DNA from: Octopus sinensis
Taxonomy: Eukaryota
DNA length: 64,000 nt
Direction: 5' to 3'
Assembly: GCF_006345805.1 (NCBI RefSeq)
Contig: NC_042998.1
Span: forward strand, 181,908,001-181,972,000
Notes under the pieces: generated by a model
What the model saw: the letters and a program-made list of their open reading frames with translations, nothing else
Database searches by the model: none
What the model was told of the DNA's origin: nothing
Part shown: in pieces, positions 13,359-23,789 of the stretch
Layout: each line of letters starts with the position of its first letter
Numbering within the stretch: position 1 is the stretch's first letter
Translations under genes and position numbers: made by a program

Positions 13359-14951
13359 TCATCATCATCATCGTTTAACGTCCGTTTTCCATGCTAGAAT
13401 GGGTTGGACGGTTCAACTAGGGTCTGGGAAGCCAGAAGGCTGCGCCAGGCCCAGTCTGATCTGGCAGTGTTTCTACAGATGGATGCCCTTCCTAACGCCA
13501 ACCACTCCATGAGTGTAGTGGGTGCTTTTTACGTGCCACCTGCACAGGTGCCAGATGAGGCTGGCAAAGGGCCATGATCGGATGGTGCTTTTTACGTGCC
13601 ACCGACATGGGGGCCAGACGAGGCTAGCAATGGCCACAATCAGATGGTGCTTTTTACGTGCCACCGGCACAGAGGCCAGTTGGGGCGGCGCTGGCAACGG
13701 CCACATTCGGATGGTTCTCTTACATGCCACCGGCACTGGTATCACAGCTACAATTTCCATTGATGTTGATCGATTTCGATTTTTTGATTTTCACTTGCCT
13801 CAACAGGTCTTCACAAGTAGGGTTTGTGTCACAAGAAGGAAAGGTATGCATAAGTGGACTGGCTACATCCCAGGTAGAGGCCACAGGTTATGGTCTCACT
13901 TGTCTTGCCGGGTCTTCCCACGCACAGCATACTTCCAAAGGTCTTGGTCTCTGGTCATTTCCTCGGTGAGACCTAAAGTTCGAAGGTCGTGCTTCACCAC
14001 CTCGTCCCAGGTTTTCCTGGGTCTACTTCTTCCACAGGTTCCCTCAACCGCTAGGATGTGGCACTTTTTCACACAACTATCTTCATCCATTCTCGTTACA
14101 TGACCATACCAGTGCAAACGTCTCTCTTGCACACCACAACTGATGCTTCTTAGGTCCAACTTTTCTCTCAAGGTACTTACACTCTGTCGAGTATGTACAC
14201 TGACATTACACATCCATCGGAGCATACTGGCTTCATTTCTTGTGAGCTTACGCATATCCTCAGCAGTCACGGCCCATGTTTCACTGCCATGTAGCATGGC
14301 TGTTCGTACACATGCATCATACAGTCTGCCTTTTATTCTGAGCGAGTGGCCTTTTGTCACCAGCAGAGGTAAGAGCTCTCTGAACTTTGCCCAGGCTATT
14401 CTTATCTAGTAGTTACACTTTCAGCACACCCGCCCCCACTACTGACTTGGTCACCTAGGTAACGGAAGCTATCAACAATTTCTAGTTTTTCTCCCTGGAA
14501 TGTGGCGGAAGTTGGTCTCTGCACATTTTCAGTGTTTATTGCTCCTGAGCATCTGCCACATACAAAAACTATCTTCCCAGTTAGCCTTCCTTTGACACTG
14601 CTGCACCTCTTATGTGTCCATAGCTTATACTTGGTGCATCTTATAGAGTTTCTACCTACGCCTTTTTTACAGATCGAGCAGGGCCATCTACCTGAAGGCG
14701 TTTGTGATTTGCCTGCCTTCCTACATATTAGGACTTTGGTTTTAGCTAGGTTGATTTTAAGGCCCTTCGATTCTAATCCTTGTCTCCACACTTGAAACTT
14801 TGCCTCTAGTTCTGATAGTGACTCAGCAATTAGAGCAAGGTCATCAGCATACAGGAACTTCCAGGGGCATCCTGTCTTGAATTCCTCCGTTATTGCCTGG
14901 AGGACTATGATAAATAGGAGAGGGCTGAGGACTGAACCTTGGTGGACCCCT
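13359..14951 (-). mobile_element. 5'-truncated RTE-clade LINE (RT C-terminal half, 3' UTR, (GAT)n tail)
   Basis: Reads GVHQGSVLSPLLF...LYADD, then GLKINLAKTK, a Cys-rich CSICKKGVGRNSIRC..HKRC..CGRC insert, FRYLG and KGRLYDACVRTAMLHGSETW. One stop splits the frame near 14400. The 3' UTR ends in (GAT)n at ~13360. Confidence 0.9.
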
Positions 14952-15635
14952 AGCTGCTTAAAAAAGTGCTGATCTCTAATTGTGGAAAGGGTAGACCCAG
15001 GAAGATGTGGGACAAACTGGTGAGAAAGGATCTTCAGATGCTGGGCCTCATAGGGGAAATGACAAGGGAGTTATAGTGATTTGCTGTACTGGAGAAGACA
15101 CATCAAGCTATGTATATGTTTATAAATGAAATGATTTAAAAGGAAAACTGGGTGTAAGAAGCATCAGATGTTGTATGCAAGAGAGATGATTGTGCTGGTA
15201 TGGCTATGTGATGTGTATGAGGGACAGCTGCTTAAAAAAGTGCTGATCTCTAATTGTGGAAAGGGTAGACCCAGGAAGATGTGGGACGAACTGGTAAGAA
15301 AGGATCTTCAGATGCTGGGCCTTACTGAGGAAATGACAAGGGGGTTATAGTGATTTGCTGTACTGGAGAAGACACATCAAGCTAAGTAAAATCGTGGCCA
15401 TTCCTACATACAGACATGTCCTTTGCAGGTACTGGCACCATGTAAAATGTACTCATGCCAGTGTTACGTAAATGCATCTGTACCAGTGGCATATATAAAA
15501 CACCCAGCACATTCTATAAAGTGGTTGAGGGCATCCAGCTGAAGAAACCATGCCAAAACAGACAATTAGCCAGCTCCTGTCAAACCACCCAACACATGCC
15601 AGTGTGAAAAACAGACATATGATGATGATGATGAT
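14952..15635 (+). mobile_element. Older RTE 3' fragment, with 159 bp duplicated
   Basis: CGKGRPRKMWDELVRKDLQMLGLTEEM plus a diverged tail ending (GAT)n. Segment 14952-15110 repeats 15226-15384. Confidence 0.7.
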
Positions 15636-15941
15636 CTATATATATATTTATTTATTCATAAAAGAATATAAGGATAAAAATCATGTTGGATAAAAATCAT
15701 GTTAATGATTTTTATCAAGTAGTCAGCATAGTCTGATGAAGGAAAAATGCTTATTTTTTGCTTTAATCCAGAAATTGGAACTAATTCACAATTAACGTGA
15801 GGTCTTTTTAATTTTCTCTCACTAGTCTGCTTTCAACCATGTGTATATTTAGCTGGAGTTTTTGGTAGTTTTTAAAGATATTGGCACTTCAAGCACGCTG
15901 GAGACAGATCATTTTCATGCTATCTCTCTTGATGTAATTAA

Positions 15942-15972
<31 letters not shown>

Positions 15973-17394
15973 GTATATAAATTAGAGAAAAACCACTATT
16001 ATGTAATTCAAACAATAATAGACATAAATCATAAAATATATTATAAAACATATATCTAGATCGCAAAAAGTACAAAATAATGAATAAACATTATATAATA
16101 ACAGAGATGTACTTGCATAGCAAGTGACCTGATCTGAGATTGTGTGCTGGAATGAAAACATTTGCAGTGTGGAAGGTGTTTATAAGCCATTTAAGAAACA
16201 CACAAAAAACATTAGATTCACTTCAACATTTAAATTTAATTTGTCAAAATATTTTCATCGCTTTGAGACCGTGACCTGTTCACTTGACAAAATTCTGTGC
16301 TGCATCTGAGAAAGTAAAAAGATTAAATTTAATTGTAATTCAAATTGACGTTATAGCCATGAAACATACGTAGTCTTTTTACTTATCATATAATGTTTAT
16401 TCATTATTTTGTACTTTTTGTGATCTAGATATATGTTTTATAATATATTTTATTTTTTCTTTATGATATGGTTTATGTCTATTATTGTTTGGATTACATA
16501 ATAGGGGTTTTTCTCTAATTTATATATATTAGATTTTTATATTGTGAAATTTGATTTAATACTAAATTGAATTTTTCCCTGTAAGTTTGGAGTTACACAC
16601 CCTATTATTATTATTATTATTATATATATATATATCATCATCATCATCGTTTAACGTGATCAGACTGGAGCCTGATGCAGCCTCCTGGCTTCCCAGACCC
16701 CGGTCGAACTGTCCAACCCATGCTAATATATATATACACATATATAATAAATGCTTGTTCTTGTGTATACTTATATATAAAACAGTAAAACATTAACCTT
16801 TTTCTTCCTATATTTTTATTGAAATACAGTACTTCATTTCAACTAATTTTGAATAAAATGAAGTATGTTGTAAAACAGTTCAAATGCTTTTGATCTGTTA
16901 AAGCATAATGTAATAAAGTACTCCCCTGAAAAATCATTGCTGATCTGTACCTAACATCCACTGCATCAGATGCAAATAGCCACAACAGTAAAACACATGT
17001 AGGGAAGAAGTGATATAAATTGCACCTTATGTTTATACTTTTTGCTTTGAATACCATAACCCGTAATACTACTAAGCACAGTAGTAGCCACACCACTTTA
17101 CTTAAAGTGAGCTGGATGATGATATTCTACACAGACCTCTCTGATTTGGTTCTGTTTGATCAGATATACTAAGCTTGGTGCTCTTAAATTGGATTAAGTG
17201 TACTACCCAAGAGTTCAGACCATGGAGAACTAGAACAAATACATGTGGCATCTTTTCTAATTCTGCCAGTCCATCACTCTAGATATTAACATTTGATACA
17301 GTATATTGTCTATAAGTAAAATGAAGAACTATAACATGATTATAAACTTCCATTACATTGGCAAACTTTTGGATCATGTACTTGCCTAGCTAAC

Positions 17395-17444
<50 letters not shown>

Positions 17445-18371
17445 TTATTATTAGTTTTCTGATTTTTATATTTTGAACAACAGTATCTGTAAAAAAAAAT
17501 TGGCCAAAACGTATTTAACGGTATTTTCTTAGGCAAAAAACTTTTCACAATCTATTTATTGTTTTGTCTGAACTGTTTAGTAACAATTCAAAATGGCTAC
17601 TCCATGAGTGGCAATATTGAACGAACGTTGTTATGTAATTTTAACGGCTGAATTGTATTTTGCCTAATGACAAGCTACGTATGTGTGTGAGTTCATTTCG
17701 TCTGTCTTTACATTCTGAGTTCAAATTCCGCTGAGGTCGATAAATTAAGTACCAGTTGCATACTGGGGTTCGATCTAACAAATTTCAGGCCTTGTGCCTA
17801 GCGTAGAAAAAATTATTATTAATAATCGGCTGAAGTGATAGAGTGACTTAAGGGCCGAGAGCTTCGTGCATTGGCACTTGTTAGACACAAAGCCTGAAAT
17901 TCTGCAAGGAGAGGATAGGTCGGTTACATCAACCTCAGTGTTCAACTGGTACTTATTTTATCGACCCCGAAAAGAATGAAAGGCAAAGTCAACTTCGGCG
18001 GAATTTGAACTCAGTACGCAAAGCCGGATCACGATTATTTTTTTTTTTACAAGACGAGCATTATTTTATTAAACATTATTTTATTTTCATTATTTTCTTT
18101 TATACATCGATTGTTGCATATTCAAAAGCATACTTTTAATTACATAAATATTCCACATTAAAATGTAAATCCCAAACAGAAGAAAATATAATCATGAACG
18201 AAGAAAGAAAAGAAAAAAATCTCCGCACTAAGTGCATCAATCGGTCGGTCGCACATTATAAGGATCAACGGAATTTATTGAACACACTGGCGGCATTACC
18301 GCGGACGATGGTAATGTTAACGCGTTGGACCAGACAAACATCCTAACTGGTATTAATAATTAAAGAATATA

Positions 18372-18769
18372 TCTTTATACATAAAAGTCATGTTGTGTGT
18401 CTGTCTCCTACGATTTAGATTCCTAACTACTCCCACATTTTGCGGTGCAGTTTAACCAAAAGCGGGTATCTTATAGTCGTGATTCATATCGAGCCCTTCT
18501 GGATATTAGCGCGCGTCTACGATGAGTTTACGATTTAAAATAAAATTTACCATCATTTTTTTCCATTTTAATGCATTTTTTCGCTATTATATAAGGGAAG
18601 TAACTCTCTAAAAATGTCTACGATGAGTCAACGATTTAAAAAAAAATTTACAATAATTTTTTTTCCATTTTTAATGCATTTTTTGCTACTTTTTTGGCTA
18701 TAACTCTCTAAAAATGTTTATATAGTTATTTCCCTTACAAATCCGAGCAACGCCGGGCGATACTGCTAG
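18372..18769 (+). mobile_element. Single non-autonomous Helitron
   Basis: A|TCTTTATACATAAAAG...tccgagcaacgccgggcgatactgCTAG|T. The last ~120 bp match the array unit. Contains an internal ~100-bp tandem duplication. Confidence 0.8.
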
Positions 18770-19781
18770 TTCAATATATATAATACTCATGTTTCGGGTT
18801 GTATTTTTCTGTTTGTATCATCAAACTGACGGTGTTATTAGAGATACTATAAAGGTGAAAAAAGACAATAATAATAATAATAATAATAATGAAAGTATTG
18901 TATAGTGTTCAGGTGCACCACAACTTATCAAAAGTGCGTATAAAGCACTTGTCTACAATATGTGTTTAACTCCCTAAAAATCATTAATTGTCGAGGCCAT
19001 TGCCTAATAAGCAGTTGTAAATCCTCAAACCTCAATCAGTTTTTGATTTTAAAAAATTCTTCGTAGTTCTAATAGACTTGTTCGATAGTAAATACAAAAA
19101 AATCAGGATTTAGACAAATAAACAAAGAAGTTTTTTTTGATTATGTGAAGATGACATTTTCCTCTTCTCAAAGCTTCAACATAAACTGATTTGACTTGAA
19201 GCGAAAATATTTGTAAAGTTGCTGGAAGTTTATCTTACCGTGCAGTACCCACCGAATTGTCTTTTTTTTTTTTTTTTTCAATACGTAGTAAATATAATCA
19301 GCTTGAGATGGAAAGCATATTTAGCGAGCTAAATTAGTGGGCTAAAATCTGGCTAAACATTTGCGAATGTATGGCGGGCTTTGAACACAAGTATAGGCTC
19401 AAAATTAAACGGATAACCTACCCACCTTCTTAGGACATACTTTATAAGGCTAAGAGAGATTTATGATCCCTAATTTCTATCTCGAAAACGACTTGTAGAA
19501 ATAACAGCAAAATCTCTATAAATCGCATCAAGCCGTCAAAACGAAGGACATAGATAACGAACCTTAGACATGTCCCCTAAAAAGACGAACTGATTAGACT
19601 TGGCAGAACCAAGAAAAACACACACACAAAAAAAAAACATGGGAACGTAATAGATTTAATATTTTTTGTTTCATTATTTTATTTAAAGAAGGAAACGTAA
19701 TTTTTTCGTATACGAATGCCATTATGTAAATTGTAGTGTCTAAGTCATGTATTCAAACTATCTGTTTAATGTTTGAAAAAT

Positions 19782-20893
19782 CTAAAAGCCCAATCTTTTT
19801 CTCGAATCACAAGAGTCAAACTTAGTCAGCGCTTATTCCCGGTGCTCATAATATTAAATGGATAGCAAGCATTGCTTTGTATAAAATTCTTGTCTACCAC
19901 CGCTGTCAGGAAGGCAAGTTTGAACTCAGCACAAACCAACGAATTACTCATTAATTCTACAATGTTACCATTGCTTGTAGCAGAGAAATACCTCTAGTTG
20001 TAACCCATTTAAGTATACTACTATTAAAATTCAAGTGCCTTGACCTCGGGTGATGCATTTGCGGTAACATGATCCTAATCTGTGATCTAGTTCCTTTTCT
20101 TTGCTACACGTACAAATTAACTTCAAAATTTCCCCTCTAATAAAGAAACTCGAGTCTCATGCCTATAAAGAATATAAAGTAGTTGTAAAGCCCAGAACAA
20201 TCCTGATCGACGGATTCGTGTAGGACGAAGGCAAAAATAAAGTTACAAAAAGGCATAATACTGGTTAAAGAAAATCGTTACATTTCATATACATATCAAA
20301 TAATGAAATAATTAATTTGCCGTAAATTATTGTATGAGTAGTTATAAATATATACGAAAATTTAGAAATTTTACGGCAAATTAATTATTTGTTTAATTAT
20401 TTCATAATTTGACATGTATATGATTGTAACCATTTTCTCTAACCTGTATTATGCCTTTTTGTAACATTATTTTTGCCTTCGTCCGACATGATCTGCTTGA
20501 TCAGGGATTTACAACGACTTACAGGCATGAGACTCGAGTTTCTTTATTAGAGGGAGAAATGTGAAGTTTGCTACATGTGTTCATGTAGCAAAGTAAAGGA
20601 ACTAGATCGAAGAGTTATATCACTTGACTTTTAATAATAGTCTACTTAAATTGGTTACTACAAGAGGTATTTCACTGCCACAAGCAGTGATAACATTGTA
20701 CAATTAATGAGTAATTCGTTAGTTTATGTACTAAGTTCAAACCCGCCACCTTCGTAGAAAAAAAAACATCTATTGGCGGTAGACCAGAATCCTGTACAAA
20801 GCAATACTTGCCATCCATGTAATATTATGAGCACCGGGAATACGCACTGACCACTATTGACTCTTGTGATTCGAGAAAAAGATTGTTCTTTTA
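19782..20893. repeat. 1.1-kb foldback element with ~545-bp inverted arms
   Basis: ctaaaag..caatctttttctcgaatcacaagagtcaa mirrors ttgactcttgtgattcgagaaaaagattg..cttttag. Pairing continues inward to a ~40-nt spacer at ~20328-20366. Confidence 0.9.
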
Positions 20894-21205
20894 GCAATGG
20901 AAACTGGTTTTAATCTGATAAAGTAATAAATCAAATATTCATAATTGGTCAAGTTATATTGTGTTAACCAATTATAAATATTCAATTCATTACTTTAAAT
21001 CAATGAAAATTCGAAATTCTCCTTATCAAACCTTAGCTAAACTGTAATATTTTGACAGATAGGTAACCGTCGAAGGGTTAAAACAATTTCTCGATGATAA
21101 TTCAGAACTCGATTCCAGTTTCTGTCTGGAAATATTCTGTATCTCTTATGCCCCTGAGAAATGCAAGAATATCATTATATCCCATTCTCTTTTCCTTAAA
21201 TTATT

Positions 21206-21363
21206 TACCCAAGCCAGGAAAAACATCTAGGCTGTCATTTCATTGATGATGGGAAAAGGCGCGATAGACCCTCACTTCGCTCTTGGGCTCGAGGCAGATG
21301 CCTAGTATGGGACACCACTTCGTTTCGTCTTGTAACGTAGACGAGGTGGGGATGGGGTCACTG
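21206..21363 (-). other. Candidate non-coding (5' UTR) exon of a divergent minus-strand transcript
   Basis: Acceptor tttctttcgcag| and donor TGG|GTAAAT on the minus strand. The interior is GC-rich with stops in all three frames. An upstream donor CTGCAG|GTAATT lies at 21540. Confidence 0.3.
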
Positions 21364-21879
21364 CGAAAGAAAGTACTCAAATACTACAATCTGTCGATAG
21401 AACTCATAGCTTTTTAAACAATAGTGGATTTGGAGTGTTGAGAAGGACGTTTTTCTTTTTGACATTTTTTTTGTGTCCACCTCGTTGAAACATCAAATGA
21501 TGTTTGGATGATGTACCAGCATCTCAACGTGGCAATTACCTGCAGTTAGTTATACTGTCCGGAATGTTTCAAAAATGTTTAATTGAGAACACCAGTTTTC
21601 CCTGGCGTAATGTGCAATGAATTCGAGTGTGCATGCTTCTATTTTGATTATTTATTTATTTACGGAGATCCTTTTTCTTTCTTTAGTTTCAGGATTATAT
21701 TCATTTAATCACTTGGATCCCATTTACTTAGGACTCTTTCAGAATTAATTAAATAAATAATATTTTATATATTGTAAAAGATAAAATGTTTAACATTTTT
21801 ATTTGTCACCTTGTTGCTATATAAAGACATGAAAATAATGCTATATAAAGCATTAAGTATAATAGTTGCTTTCATCGCT

Positions 21880-22514
21880 TATTCCTATTGTTTACAAAAT
21901 AAACCTCTCCGAAACCTCGTGGTTGATTGGCGCGAACATTAAGCCGGCGCGCTATCAGCTGTCTACTATTTAGTTTGATCCCACGGTTCAAATTGATATA
22001 ATCTTTTTAAAAAAGAAAAGAGTTTTAAAAATCTGTTCTTGATACAAGCGGGAACTTTGAACAGATATAGCTATAGAAATGCAACAGTATAGTCTTCGAT
22101 CTAGAAAGCATTTTAACTACAAGCTATGCTGATAGTTGAAATGAAAACAATATTATGAATGTAACCTGACGTAACTGGTCGATAAAAATCGTTGCGTTGG
22201 CATTAACTCCGTGCAGCTGTGCAGTTTTTATTGATATATTGAGTTATTTTATCGTTAAAATAATATGTAATTATCAGGAGTTTGGAAAAACAGATTTAGA
22301 AATAAAATTAGTTATTTGAATTTGCTTAGATGCATTATTTTCATGTCTTTATTTAAATCCATCCAAGCACAGAAGAATTTTTTTGTGGACAACTTTTAGG
22401 TTTACACCGCTCTAAATTTCTCAGCTGCAATTTTCAGGCGGGAAATTGAAAAGAAAAAGTGATATTAAAACTTTAAGAATTAATTCGTCATAAAGTATTA
22501 GCATACACACAGCA
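21880..22514. promoter_or_regulatory. Probable (bidirectional) promoter upstream of RNASEH2A
   Basis: CpG-richer patch with a CCAAT box (gattgg, ~21925). GGCGGGAAATTGAA at 22437-22450 is an E2F-site plus CHR-like motif ~65 nt before the ATG. Minus-strand splice donors at 21540 and 21206 suggest a divergent transcript. Confidence 0.5.
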
Positions 22515-22641
22515 ATGGATCACTCTGGATTTAGAAAAAACAATCAAAAGAACTTTGTAATTAGCTCTAAAGTACCTGATGTAACGAAAGAAAAACCGTG
22601 TTGGCTGGGAATAGATGAAGCTGGGAGAGGCCCGGTTCTAG
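22515..22641 (+). CDS. RNASEH2A: Ribonuclease H2 subunit A, coding exon 1 only
   Basis: Translates [43 protein letters not shown]. This carries the RNase [12 protein letters not shown] motif, with D34/E35/G37 at the same numbering as human. It ends at the donor AG|GTATGT at 22641/22642 (phase 1). Downstream exons were not recognised in the window. Confidence 0.9.
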
Positions 22642-22978
22642 GTATGTCAACGCAACAGTTGTTTGATATCACTCTTATTAACATTTTCTTCGTCTTATTT
22701 GGCCATAGTTCTGTTGGAACATATATGTGTTGTGATTTAGATACTCTTTATAATATTTAGAAATTTTCTTCGTAAATGATGTGATTAAAATTTTCATTGT
22801 ATATAAATCGAAGTGAGCATTCATTTATAAATTGGAGCCCTCTTCCCCCGTTTTTACAAACTGATAGGGGAAACGATAAAGTCAGTTGATCAGTGGAAAA
22901 GTCAATAAATATGCATTTGTCTGGAATATAAAGGCGAAGTAAAAACAGTGTTGAAACGTCAGTTAACTACAGTATGTA

Positions 22979-23215
22979 ATCTCTCTCTATATATAAAGCT
23001 GAAGTCTGTGTATGGCAGGTTTGGTAGCTTTCAACTAACACTATCTTCTCCGAGACCCTGCGGCGCAAATTGACCAAAATTGAGAGTATGATAAAAGAAG
23101 GCTTGCTCTTCCTTCCGTAGAAGAAAAAATTCAAATCGGACCATGTTAACACCAAAAATTATTTACATCAAAAAGGTGCTTTTTCCTATGAAAATCCCTA
23201 TTTTTTTACGATTTA
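22979..23215 (+). mobile_element. Probable 5' fragment of another non-autonomous Helitron
   Basis: Starts a|tctctctctatatataaagctgaagtctgtg, the same TC-TATATAA-microsatellite architecture as the other Helitrons. No CTAG end was seen. Confidence 0.4.
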
Positions 23216-23789
23216 ATTAAATCTTTAAGAACAAATATATAAAATTCTTGAATACTAAGTCGCATATCCTCAATTTGTGGTGCACCTGAGCACTGTATAC
23301 AATAATTTCATTATATTATTATTTTTGTAAAGGTTGACCATAAAACATGTAGTACCAGATAAAATGAAAATTTAATTTTAATAGCGGGTGTGCAAGCGTG
23401 GTTTTGGAAAACCAAACAAGACACTAGATCTTAGGATACTTTATGCATGGAGAACATGTAGTCAAATAGGATAATATAGTGAGTTAAAAAATTTTGTTAA
23501 AATTATACAACGAGAAAAATAGAAAAATAATGGCTGGGGTAGTTGATAACGCAGATAACCAGTTATGCCTACTGCATAAAAAGTTAAGGATCTTTTCTAA
23601 AAGATGGACAGAATTTTCTAGTTAACTAAATAATTTGAAACTTCGTATACTGGTAGAATGTGTCAAGTAGTAAACTAAGAATTATAAACTTTGAGGCTTA
23701 GCTACGAGACCACTCATTATCTTATTGATTCTGGTCAAAACAAGTAAGGGAGACATCCCGGAATATAAATTAGACTGCTGTGGGAAGTG

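Noticed and set aside
16951-17094. Minus-strand frame ending ...AICI-TGA-CSGC-TAG, suggesting a selenoprotein
   Set aside because: No recognisable selenoprotein family or SECIS. An overlapping 85-aa frame is equally open and the splice acceptor is unconvincing.
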